The translations under genes were made by a program, and so were the position numbers. From NCBI GenBank assembly GCA_003158745.1, contig PMLC01000163.1, positions 24,080 through 88,079 on the forward strand: a DNA stretch of 64,000 nucleotides. The letters are read 5' to 3'. Origin of the DNA: Acidobacteriota bacterium (GTDB lineage: Bacteria; Acidobacteriota; Thermoanaerobaculia; Thermoanaerobaculales; Thermoanaerobaculaceae). Positions 1 to 7,901 of the stretch are shown one piece after another; position 1 is the first letter of the stretch, and each line of letters opens with the position of its first letter. The notes under the pieces are model-generated. The model did not search any database. It was not told the origin of the DNA and saw only the letters and a list, made by a program, of their open reading frames with translations.

Positions 1-17
1 GGTGCGGCGGCTCCGAC

Positions 18-950
18 TCACTTCCTTTCGCGTCCCGTAGCACGCAGATCGTCGAGCAGGCGGCGGTTCACTGCGGTCAGGTCGGCGAGCACGCCAAGGA
101 CCGAGAGCTGGACGCCGGTGATCGCGAGGACTGCGGCAACGATGAGGGACTGGACATGTCCGGCCGGCGAGATTCCAGTCAGGAAGAAGTACCCGAAGCG
201 TGCGGCAAGCGCCAGCGCAGCAACCCAGCAGAGTGTGGCGAGCGACAGGAGGATTCTCAGCGGCCTATAGATGAAGACCAGCCGCAGAAGCGTCGCCAGC
301 GAGATCAGCACATAGGCCAGATTGCTTCGGAAGAGGCGCGACGGGCGGGACACGGGGTTCGTGGAGACGGAGACTGAGCGGACAGTGAGGCCTGTCTGGC
401 CGGCCTGGATGAGCGTCTCGAGCGTGTAGGTGAAGGTCGTGACGCAATGCACGCGCGCGGCGGCCGCGCGAGAAAACGCCCGAAAACCGGTCGTCGCGTC
501 CGCGAGCGGAACGCCCGACAGCACTCGAACCACCCAGGCGCCCAGGCGTTGCAGCCAGCGCTTGAGGGGGGAGAAGTGAGCGAGCGTCGCGACTCCCCGG
601 TCGCCGAGGACGATGTCCGCGTCACCCCTGAGGATCGGTGCCACGAGGTCTCCGATTGCGGCCGGGTCGTACTGACCGTCGGCGTCGGTGTTGACGATGA
701 CGTCGGCTCCGCGGCGCAGCGCGGCTTCGATGCCGACGGTGAACGCCCTCGCAAGACCGCTGTGCACTGGCAGCCTCACAACCGATGCGCTGCCCGCGCG
801 AGCGGCGTCCGATGTCGCATCGGTCGAACCGTCGTCGACGACGAGGATCTCGATCGAATCGAAACCGTCGAGAGCACGAGGTAGAGCGCCGAGCACTCCG
901 GGGAGGCTGTCGGCCTCGTTCCACGCGGGAATCTGAATGACGAGCTTCAC
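18..950 (-). CDS. Glycosyltransferase family 2 with C-terminal TM helices (GtrB/CsbB-type polyprenol-phosphate sugar synthase-like)
   Basis: ORF 18..1532 trimmed to GTG 948-950 (VKLVIQIPAWNEADS...), with GGAGG 5 nt upstream. VVDDGSTD and DADGQ GT-A motifs. Three hydrophobic C-terminal segments. The start overlaps the stop of the upstream gene (GTGA, 947-950). Confidence 0.8.
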   Translation of the reverse strand: MKLVIQIPAWNEADSLPGVLGALPRALDGFDSIEILVVDDGSTDATSDAARAGSASVVRLPVHSGLARAFTVGIEAALRRGADVIVNTDADGQYDPAAIGDLVAPILRGDADIVLGDRGVATLAHFSPLKRWLQRLGAWVVRVLSGVPLADATTGFRAFSRAAAARVHCVTTFTYTLETLIQAGQTGLTVRSVSVSTNPVSRPSRLFRSNLAYVLISLATLLRLVFIYRPLRILLSLATLCWVAALALAARFGYFFLTGISPAGHVQSLIVAAVLAITGVQLSVLGVLADLTAVNRRLLDDLRATGRERK

Positions 951-3268
951 GCGAGCCTCCGTGGGGCAGCCAGCAGGACGATTGCGATGAGTGCCGCCGA
1001 AGCCACTCCCCAGACCTGGGGAGGCAGCTGCGCCTTCAGTTCGACGCGGGAAGGGCCGGCCGGGAGCGCCACTCCGGTCCAGACCCCATCCACCCGTTCG
1101 CTCCGGGCCGGGCTCCCGTTGACCGCGGCCTTCCAGAGCGCGGGCCGGTACTTGATCCGAAATACTAGGAGTCCAGGCGCGGCCAGGTCGCCGCGCGCCT
1201 CGACCGCGGCAGGTTCTACTCCGACCACCTTGACGTTCCCGACGCCGCCGGCAAGCGGGCCGAGCGCGGCGACTCGGGCGTCGGGCACGGTGACGACATC
1301 GTGGTCGGCCGGAGGTGAAGCGGTTTCGCCCATAAGCCCTCGGGCCAGGAAGGCGAAGGGCTTCACGGTCGCCCACTCCCAGACTCGGACGCCACGCTGC
1401 TCGGGGCCGAGAAGCAGGCCGGAAGTGTCCCAGGCGACCGGCAGGGTGCCTTCTGAAAGAGGGTGGCCTGCGAAGACCGTCAACAAGGTGGGACCGGAGG
1501 GAAAGTCCACCGGGACGCTGAACCAGGTCCACGCCGCGCTCTCGGCCTGCAAAGCGTCGTCCGGGTCGAGCTCGGCATTGCGGCCTGCCGTTTCGAGGCG
1601 CGCCCGAACCGGGCGTCCCGCTTCGGAGGGAACGCCGAGACGCGTGGCGCCGTACGGAACGACCGCGTGCAGGTGAAGGGTAGCCCTGTCCGGCTGTCCG
1701 TCCTGGGCCTTCGCAAGCTCGGCGATCTCGATGCGGGAGAACACCTCACCCGAAACCACGCGCAGGGGCAACGGCTCGAGCAGCCACCTCGCCCCCAGCC
1801 GGACCATCCGTGAATTGACGCCTCTGGATACAGGGATCTCACCGCCCCTGCCGCCGCCGACCAGCAAGGCATAGTGCGGCTCGCGCGGGAACGATGAGGC
1901 CCGCACGTCCGCGAGGCCCAGCAGGGCCGCCGAATCGGGCGGCATCGTCCCGAGCAGGCCGACGAGACGCCAGGTCTGGGTGTCCACGCTCCTGGGGAGC
2001 GGCGCCGCAAGCTCCGTGTCCTCCGAGGGAATGAACGGTAGGTGGTGCGCTGCCTTGCTGACCAGGGAGAGCGAGAGCAAAACCCACACCGCGGCCGAGA
2101 GGGCGTCGGCGATTGTCCGCCGGTGAAGCCGATCGGTCAGCGCCTGCGCACCGTAAGCCGCAAGCGTGGCGACGCTCAGCGCCAGGACTCCATAGGGACG
2201 CTGGTAGAGCCCAACATGGGTGAGGATGCTGCTCGGGACCGAAACGACGGCCGCGCTCACGCCCGCGACACCGAGCCAGAAGCCACGCGTACGCGGCGGA
2301 GCGGCCAGGAGACCGAGCACTGCGAGGGCCATCGTCCCGAGCCCGACGTACGCGAAGCTGTCCGATCTCGCCTGGAGTTCGCCGACGCCAACTGGAATCG
2401 CCGATTCATCAGGCGCAGGTTGGGCCACGATCGCCGAAACCCAGCTTCGGATGGGAGGCATGGTCTGCAGCGTGGGCGCCGGTGCGCCCGGCTCCCCTCC
2501 GGTCCCGGCGAGCCAGATGCGGGGAAGCGCTACAGCGAACACCAGCGCGGCCGCCAGCGCCGCCGGGAGCCAGAGCGATGACCTCTTGCCCCGCGGGCTG
2601 AAGAGGATCGCGATCGCAGCCGCAAGGGCCACAAACGCCATCGCCGGTGCGCCGCATGCGGCGAGAACGAGGACCGCAAGAGCCCACACACCGGCGCTCC
2701 TCCATTTTCCTCGTGGAGGCGAAATCGCCGGCACGAGAGCGAGGGGCCCCAGCGCGAGTGCGGAGCCCTGCCAGTCGAGCCAGTGCCCGGTCACGGCGCC
2801 GGAGAACGCGTACGCGGTCGCGCCGACGGCGGCGGGCCACGCGCCCAGCCCGAGCAGCCGCAACGTCCACCATGTCGTCAGCAGCGCTGCCGTCAGTTCG
2901 AGTGCGATGAGGCCGGTCCATGCCCACCTTGGCCTGGCAACGACTGCGGACAGGAGGACGAGCGGGGCGCCGCCCTGTTCGGGTCCTGCGAGCCAACCCG
3001 GGCGGCCCCCACCGATCCAGGGGTTCCAGAGCGCGACCCCGAGCGGTTTTCTCGCGAGGCTGGCGAGCCGCGGACCGAGTTGCGTTGCGGCATCGAAGGC
3101 CTCTGCCGATGGCTTGGGAAGGGGCCCCGAGAGCTCTCGCCAGGGAGGCGCGCTCTTCAGGCTGGCCTCGGGCGCGATGCGGCAGTCGAGAAACAGCGCA
3201 GGGTAGAGGAGGGTGAGCAGGATAGCGACGATGAACAGCAGACAAACCCGCGAAGCGCCTCCCCGCAT
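947..3268 (-). CDS. Large polytopic membrane protein, YfhO/GT-C-like glycosyltransferase candidate with soluble C-terminal domain
   Basis: ORF 947..3478 trimmed to ATG 3266-3268 (MRGGASRVCLLFIVAILL...). Many hydrophobic segments in roughly the first 470 aa, then a ~300-aa non-hydrophobic C-terminus. TACAAT ends 6 nt upstream of the ATG. Family call rests on topology and pairing with the GT2 gene only. Confidence 0.6.
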   Translation of the reverse strand: MRGGASRVCLLFIVAILLTLLYPALFLDCRIAPEASLKSAPPWRELSGPLPKPSAEAFDAATQLGPRLASLARKPLGVALWNPWIGGGRPGWLAGPEQGGAPLVLLSAVVARPRWAWTGLIALELTAALLTTWWTLRLLGLGAWPAAVGATAYAFSGAVTGHWLDWQGSALALGPLALVPAISPPRGKWRSAGVWALAVLVLAACGAPAMAFVALAAAIAILFSPRGKRSSLWLPAALAAALVFAVALPRIWLAGTGGEPGAPAPTLQTMPPIRSWVSAIVAQPAPDESAIPVGVGELQARSDSFAYVGLGTMALAVLGLLAAPPRTRGFWLGVAGVSAAVVSVPSSILTHVGLYQRPYGVLALSVATLAAYGAQALTDRLHRRTIADALSAAVWVLLSLSLVSKAAHHLPFIPSEDTELAAPLPRSVDTQTWRLVGLLGTMPPDSAALLGLADVRASSFPREPHYALLVGGGRGGEIPVSRGVNSRMVRLGARWLLEPLPLRVVSGEVFSRIEIAELAKAQDGQPDRATLHLHAVVPYGATRLGVPSEAGRPVRARLETAGRNAELDPDDALQAESAAWTWFSVPVDFPSGPTLLTVFAGHPLSEGTLPVAWDTSGLLLGPEQRGVRVWEWATVKPFAFLARGLMGETASPPADHDVVTVPDARVAALGPLAGGVGNVKVVGVEPAAVEARGDLAAPGLLVFRIKYRPALWKAAVNGSPARSERVDGVWTGVALPAGPSRVELKAQLPPQVWGVASAALIAIVLLAAPRRLA

Positions 3269-3354
3269 GGCGCCATTGTAGGGCGTCGCGCGCGCGAGCG
3301 CAGGATGGTCTCCCGTCGGATTCCTTGCTGCTAAGCTAAACGGGGGGGGTGCGA

Positions 3355-3693
3355 ATGTCTCGGGTTCCTCTGGAGCGCCTGGCCCACGGTCGTTCGGGAG
3401 ACAAGGGCGACGCCTCGAACATCGGGCTGATCGCCCGCGATGCCACTGCCTATCGCTGGCTGCGCGAGAACCTGACACCGGAACGCGTGAAACAGCTGCT
3501 CCCTGGTATCGCTCAAGGCAAGGTCGAGCGGTACGAGGTGCCGAACCTCCTGGCCCTCAATTTCATCCTTCACAGCTCCCTCGGGGGGGGAGGCACGGCG
3601 AGCCTCCTCACGGACGCGCAGGGCAAGACGCACGCCCAGGCGCTGCTCCGTTGTCTTGTCGATGTGCCGGACGAACTGCTCGCTCAACTTTGA
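3355..3693 (+). CDS. Small DUF4387/AtuA-C-terminal-like protein (tentative)
   Basis: ORF 3349..3693. ATG 3355 lies 5 nt after a G8 run (SD-like). The N-terminal RSGDKGDASN motif is recalled from DUF4387-type proteins, from memory and unverified. Confidence 0.5.
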   Translation: MSRVPLERLAHGRSGDKGDASNIGLIARDATAYRWLRENLTPERVKQLLPGIAQGKVERYEVPNLLALNFILHSSLGGGGTASLLTDAQGKTHAQALLRCLVDVPDELLAQL

Positions 3694-3719
3694 TGAAGGC
3701 CGCCCGCGCGCCTGTCAAG

Positions 3720-3750
3720 TTGACAGCCTGTGACCTCACCGGCATACTCT
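3720..3750 (+). promoter_or_regulatory. Candidate sigma-70 promoter of tRNA-Phe
   Basis: TTGACA (3720-3725), 17-nt spacer, CATACT (3743-3748), about 17 nt before the tRNA 5' end. The -35 sits inside a 7-1-7 palindrome CTGTCAAgTTGACAG (3712-3726). Confidence 0.5.
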
Positions 3751-3765
3751 CCCGGCCTGTGGAGT

Positions 3766-3841
3766 GCCCAGGTAGCTCAGTTGGTAGAGCACGTGACTGA
3801 AAATCACGGTGTCGCCGGTTCAATTCCGGCCTTGGGCACCA
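3766..3841 (+). tRNA. tRNA-Phe (anticodon GAA), CCA encoded
   Basis: GCCCAGGTAGCTCAGTTGGTAGAGCACGTGACTGAAAATCACGGTGTCGCCGGTTCAATTCCGGCCTTGGGCACCA. Canonical D-loop, anticodon loop CTGAAAA, T-arm GCCGG/TTCAATT/CCGGC, and a 7-bp acceptor stem with one G-U pair. Confidence 0.95.
3793..3841 (+). repeat. attL core (inside the intact tRNA-Phe)
   Basis: 3800-3841 is identical to 10397-10438 (42 bp). The match extends to 49 bp with a single mismatch at 3799 (G, anticodon position 34) versus 10396 (T). Confidence 0.9.
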
Positions 3842-3869
3842 ACTAATCTCAAGATCGCGCCACCCCCGA

Positions 3870-3889
3870 TTCAACACCGGTTCAACATC
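3870..3889 (+). repeat. Arm-type repeat TTCAACACCGGTTCAACATC (attL-proximal)
   Basis: Exact 20-mer also present at 10235-10254 in the same orientation. It contains GGTTCAAC, which also occurs in the tRNA T-arm/core (CCGGTTCAA, 3815-3823). Confidence 0.7.
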
Positions 3890-4146
3890 GGGGAGGCTTA
3901 CATGGTCCCCGTCCCGCTCCCCGCTGCCGCCCCGGCCGCGCAAAGTCGCCTCGCCGGTACGTGTTTGCGCCCGGAGGGAGAGATCGCGGCTCCTGGAGCC
4001 TCGTAGCGAGGGGGTACGAAAGGGGCGACGCGGCTACCGCTCGAGTTCCGCTGGCCCCGTCAGTGGCAGACCAGAACGCCGACGCCCTGCTAAGCCCGGC
4101 GATGCACCGGTCTATCCCATCGCCAGAGCCGCACCGACGGTAGGTC

Positions 4147-4467
4147 CTACCTGACCCTGCGCCAGGCGATCTTGCCCGTCAGTGTCAGGTCGTCGTTCAT
4201 CGTCACCCGGGCTTGCCAGGCTTCAGCTCCGAGTTCAACGGCCCTCGCCTTCATCGCAGCGGTTTCTTCGCCGCTTAGGAATTGGGGATCGTTGGGTGAC
4301 ACGCTGGTCTTCACCTGAACGAGAACATGCCGCCTGCCCCCCAGAGCCTCGATGTCAGCGGCACTGGGTAACGTTGTGTCCCAGGCTTGGATCTTGAAGC
4401 GCCTGCCCTGCAGCTGTTCGACAACATGAGCCTCGCCCGCCCGACCAATTTCCTGAGCAGTTGCCAT
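4147..4467 (-). CDS. Small PD-(D/E)xK-fold nuclease-like protein (Hjc/YraN/Mrr-like core), 106 aa
   Basis: GGAAGGAG RBS before the ATG. Motif order is G-x-x-GE (E12) ... AADIEAL (D38) ... VLVQVKT (Q51-x-K53), followed by an alpha/beta tail ARAVELGAEAWQARV. Confidence 0.6.
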   Translation of the reverse strand: MATAQEIGRAGEAHVVEQLQGRRFKIQAWDTTLPSAADIEALGGRRHVLVQVKTSVSPNDPQFLSGEETAAMKARAVELGAEAWQARVTMNDDLTLTGKIAWRRVR

Positions 4468-4506
4468 TGCGATCTCCTTCCATTCTCACGACTTCCTCCG
4501 AGTTCC

Positions 4507-4869
4507 TCACTCACCCGTTCTACTCCGCTCGAGCGGCCACCATTCCAATCGCACCAGCTCCATGTCCGGCCCCACGAACACTCTCGCCTCCCACGCCTCA
4601 CCGCCAGCGCGGACCGCTCGCTGCCGAAGCTCCTGCTTTTCGTCTGGTGATAGCTTAGCGGGCTCGGCAGGAGCGATGGCCGCGTTGACCCGCACGGAGA
4701 TGTTCTGTGAGCCCGTCCAAGCCTCGAGGATTGCCGATCCGGCCGCCCCAGGCCAACGCCGCATGATCGAGAAGTGCAGCTTTCCGAGGGCGCCGATGGC
4801 GTGCCCTTCCGCCACTTCGTCTACCTTGAGCGTCGCAGTCAACCGGCCTCCCGAGAAGACGTGCAGCAT
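4507..4869 (-). CDS. Paralog of the 4147..4467 product with substituted catalytic positions (predicted inactive), 120 aa
   Basis: Aligns without gaps to the neighbour at an offset of 9 residues. D38 becomes I47 and Q-V-K becomes R-V-N. C-terminal QRAVRAGGEAWEARV matches ARAVELGAEAWQARV. No obvious RBS, so the start is uncertain. Confidence 0.55.
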   Translation of the reverse strand: MLHVFSGGRLTATLKVDEVAEGHAIGALGKLHFSIMRRWPGAAGSAILEAWTGSQNISVRVNAAIAPAEPAKLSPDEKQELRQRAVRAGGEAWEARVFVGPDMELVRLEWWPLERSRTGE

Positions 4870-4995
4870 CGTACGCCGATCGCGGGTCCCCCGCGTCGAC
4901 CGGAAACAGCAGGGGGCGCCCGAAGGCGTCCCGCTATCCTATCTTCTGACCGCACTCCGACGAACTTGCCACTCCAGTTGTTCCGCGTCAGCTCC

Positions 4996-6033
4996 TCACG
5001 GGCAGCTCACCGGATTCAGGTTGCCGTCGTAGTTCCCAATGCAGTGATAGACCCCGCCAGCGCCGTTGGACAGCGGGTCGGGGATTTGCGTGTACGCCAT
5101 ATAGATCGTCTGCCCGGCATCGTTGGAGATGTCAGTGTTGCAAGAAAACTGCGTGCGCCACACCTGGGCCGCGTGGCCCTGGCTGCCGGCGGTGAAAATC
5201 CCGTAGGCGGTGGTGTCCGCGCCGGCGTCAATGAAGCTGTCGTAGATGAACAGTTCTGAATTGTAGCTGAAGACCCCGATCGTGTACAAGCTGCCGTTCT
5301 CCCCAAAGATGTGGACGTGATCGAGCGTGAGAGTTGTGCCTAGGGCATAGAGCACGTAAGTATTGGCCCCAGTGTTGGAATTCGTGAGATAGACGTTGCT
5401 CACCTCATTCGTGCCTCCACTGGTACCCACCACGTAGATCAGGTTGTTATTGCTCGCGATGGTCGTGGAGTTCTGACCGGCGCCGTCGAGGTTCACATAC
5501 GGCGCCAGGTACAGGCCCGCCCCATTTAGGTCGAATATTCCTGGGCCGACCTTCACCAACCAAGGGTTGGTGCTTGATGGCGCCTCGGCGCCCGTGATCG
5601 GGATCGCCGCCACCATCGAAAGCAGCTCGGTGCCCGAGTTGACATTCGAGTTGGCCTCGGCCGCCGGGTGGTGGAAGACGAGCACCGTGTGCGGCGGCCA
5701 GTTCGATGTCCCTCGCATCGCGTGCTCGATGAACACAGCCATCTGGTCGCGGGTGACGGGCGTGCCGGGGCAGTACTTGCCGCCGCCGCAGCCGGCAGTG
5801 ATGCCGTCAAGACCGAACTGCTCGATCCAGGGGTCGAAGCCAGTCGTGCACGTGATATCGGAGAACGGTACCCCCGGCACGCACGTCGGCGGGGTGTAAA
5901 GCCCGAGTGCCCCCGCCTCGAACGTCTTCAATGTCGGTAGCACCGGCGGCGCCGCCACTTGCGCAACGGCCGGCGTCAGCGTTGCCCATAGAACGATGAA
6001 AGCCAGAATCCCGAGCCTTGACAGTGTTCTCAT
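4996..6033 (-). CDS. Secreted protein: signal peptide, single SLH-like motif, C-terminal beta-helix-like repeats
   Basis: ORF 4996..6426 trimmed to ATG 6031-6033 (MRTLSRLGILAFIVLWATLTPAVAQ), with GGGAAGGGGAAAG upstream. FSD...WIEQFGLDGITAGC...YCPGTPVTRDQMAVFIEHA resembles an SLH motif. The Asn/Gly/Thr-rich tail has alternating hydrophobic residues. Confidence 0.65.
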   Translation of the reverse strand: MRTLSRLGILAFIVLWATLTPAVAQVAAPPVLPTLKTFEAGALGLYTPPTCVPGVPFSDITCTTGFDPWIEQFGLDGITAGCGGGKYCPGTPVTRDQMAVFIEHAMRGTSNWPPHTVLVFHHPAAEANSNVNSGTELLSMVAAIPITGAEAPSSTNPWLVKVGPGIFDLNGAGLYLAPYVNLDGAGQNSTTIASNNNLIYVVGTSGGTNEVSNVYLTNSNTGANTYVLYALGTTLTLDHVHIFGENGSLYTIGVFSYNSELFIYDSFIDAGADTTAYGIFTAGSQGHAAQVWRTQFSCNTDISNDAGQTIYMAYTQIPDPLSNGAGGVYHCIGNYDGNLNPVSCP

Positions 6034-6645
6034 AAACTTTCCCCTTCCCGCCTCGCCTTCGGCAAGGCAGACGCAGAGAAACGTCGGTATCACCGTCTGG
6101 CACGCTGTGCGTGGCGTGCTCGCCCCACTGCGCTTCGATCTTCTAAGAAAACCCTGAGCGACCCCAGCGCATTCCCGCGACCTGCGAGCGCGCCCCGCGA
6201 CGTTGGGGGGGTGCTGCTCGACCGAGCCTACGACAGGTCCCTTCAGGCAATCGGGCCTGAAGAGAGCGCCCAAGGGGTGAAGCTGTTCATTGACCTGGTC
6301 CCAGGACCCGCCTACACGCCCGCCATGCAGGCAACCCACGAGCCACCGAGGACCTTCGAACCGAACCACATTCCGCGCCAGATAACGACCGGGCCGAACC
6401 GCGCCCTCCGAGACCCTTAAGAGCAAGATGAGCAGAGAAACGGTAGGCTCTGCTCATGACACCGCCGCCAGAGCAAGACCCCGCGCCCGCCGATCCGCCT
6501 CAGCTGTCTCTGGTGCGGCGGCCCGATGCGCGAGCGGGACCCCATGGAGCTGGCCCGGCTCCATGTGCCCTCGCGCGATTGGTCGGTGATGGTGGGCGAT
6601 CGGCGCGAGCGGACGACCCGGAAGGAAAACTAACCCTTCCAGACA

Positions 6646-7215
6646 CTACGAACACGACAAGCACTTACTCACAGAGATGGACGCCGTGACTGATCTGACG
6701 CTCGCAGCGATGTACTCAGGTATGTCAGCACCCACAAGCGATTGAAATTTGCTGAGTCGGCCAGAGATCAGTTCCTCAGGCGGGCCTGTCACAGCCGTTA
6801 GAACGAAGCCATCCTTGTCCAGAAGCTGAAACTCGAAGTTCACCTCGTAATACACCTGGTCGGAAGGGTGCAGAGTGACGGTTCGTCCAACCGCATCGAC
6901 CCGAGTGAAGTCCTTTCGATACTTCTCCGGGACCGTCTTGAGGTCGAGTGGTGCCATCTCTACCTGGATTCCGTAGCCAAGATGGAAGATCGAGGGCTTC
7001 CGCATGTCGGGGACCAGCTTCGCACGGCCAGTCGCCGACTTTATGTCGGGCGGAGCTATCCCAGAGAACATCACTTCGTCTGAGTAAAGTTGCCCAATGC
7101 TGCCAAGAGTCCGCCATTGCCCTGAAACAGATGCTGCTAGATAGGGGTAGGCGACCCACACGGTCAGCACTGCCGCATAGATCAAGACCAGCCAAGAGAT
7201 GAACTTGCCCCTCAC
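6646..7215 (-). CDS. N-terminally membrane-anchored hypothetical protein, 189 aa
   Basis: GTG start 7213-7215 preceded by AGGGGGTGAGGA. One TM segment (FISWLVLIYAAVLTVWVAY), then a beta-rich soluble domain. Lowest-G+C gene in the window: hand counts of two 60-nt lines give 57% and 50%. Confidence 0.6.
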   Translation of the reverse strand: MRGKFISWLVLIYAAVLTVWVAYPYLAASVSGQWRTLGSIGQLYSDEVMFSGIAPPDIKSATGRAKLVPDMRKPSIFHLGYGIQVEMAPLDLKTVPEKYRKDFTRVDAVGRTVTLHPSDQVYYEVNFEFQLLDKDGFVLTAVTGPPEELISGRLSKFQSLVGADIPEYIAASVRSVTASISVSKCLSCS

Positions 7216-7258
7216 TCCTCACCCCCTGGTTTCTGGCACAACCCTACGACATCGAGCT

Positions 7259-7726
7259 TCACCTTCTCGGAAATGCGCTGCACTCCTGCCGCTCGAACTT
7301 GTCCTTCGCCTTCGATGCCGCGATCGTTTGCCACTGCATATTGCTCGGCGCGTCTGCTCCGCCGGCACACAGCGGCTCGATGTGGTCGATGATGTAGCCG
7401 GGGCAGGAGCCGGTGCTCCTCGCGGTCGATGGGCAGGGGTGCAGATGCTTGAAATCGTGTTTTGCCTTGAGGCTGCGCTTGACCTTGGGCTTCCTCGTGG
7501 TCTTGTGCGGCGTGTGCATCTTGGAGTTGCTTTTGTGTAATCCGCTGCTCGAGGTCTTGCCGGCGAGCGTGAGACCGGACGCCAAGGACGCCACAAGGAC
7601 CACGGCCACGATGGCGGCCCGCAGCGACGCAAGCAGGCCCAACGGCAGAGGAGCGTGACCGTTCCGCTCGCTACTCACTCCCCGAGAATGAACCGGTACG
7701 AACGGGCTTGCAAGCAGAAAGCTCAC
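7259..7726 (-). CDS. Secreted/periplasmic HNH endonuclease family protein
   Basis: C-terminal CPGYIIDHIEPLCAGGADAPSNMQWQTIAASKAKDKFE matches the small HNH family pattern (DHIxPL..GG.D..SNMQWQT...AKAKD), recalled from memory. Hydrophobic signal-like segment LLASLRAAIVAVVLVASLASG. Start codon uncertain (GTG 7726 or GTG 7678). Confidence 0.65.
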   Translation of the reverse strand: MSFLLASPFVPVHSRGVSSERNGHAPLPLGLLASLRAAIVAVVLVASLASGLTLAGKTSSSGLHKSNSKMHTPHKTTRKPKVKRSLKAKHDFKHLHPCPSTARSTGSCPGYIIDHIEPLCAGGADAPSNMQWQTIAASKAKDKFERQECSAFPRR

Positions 7727-7775
7727 AGGGAGCCCGAAGGCGCCCCGTGACCGGGACTGACACCAGGTCGATCAG

Positions 7776-7824
7776 ACGAAAAGAACCCCGGAAACCGTAG
7801 GGCCATGTTCTACGGTCCCCGGGG
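7776..7824 (-). terminator. Strong intrinsic terminator inside the island
   Basis: Minus strand reads CCCCGGGGACCGTAG-aacatggcc-CTACGGTTTCCGGGG. This gives a 15-bp stem (two G-U pairs) followed by TTCTTTTCG. It lies about 50 nt upstream of the HNH gene and downstream of the int-side genes. Confidence 0.7.
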
Positions 7825-7901
7825 CCACAGCCCGCTGGAAAGGAGGTCAGCGGGCCGCTAAGATCGTCAGGGGCGAGGCCGGAGCCCCGCCCCCCGATCT
7901 C

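Noticed and set aside
18-3478. Long N-terminal extensions offered by the ORF track. Examples: 18..1532, 947..3478, 4996..6426, 10532..12121, 24919.., 26447..28930, 41330..42385, 45039..46085, 47758..49065 and 55838..56761.
   Set aside because: The extensions are Arg/Gly/Pro-rich, overlap neighbouring genes and precede well-placed internal starts with an RBS or a -10 signal. Open frames of this kind are expected by chance in DNA this G+C-rich.
3902-4006. A 34-codon ORF (MVPVPLPAAAPAAQ...) with GGGGAGG 5 nt upstream, just inside attL.
   Set aside because: The peptide is a Pro/Ala-rich low-complexity string and the ORF overlaps the arm-repeat region. The RBS-like string may be fortuitous, and there is too little evidence to call a gene.
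7226-7245. Sigma-54-like TGGCAC elements. Examples: CTGGCACaacccTACG at about 7229, TGGCACgctgtGCGT at about 6098 and TGGCACtgaacGCAT at about 14874.
   Set aside because: None has the TTGC -12 element at the correct spacing, and they are on the wrong strand or inside coding sequence.
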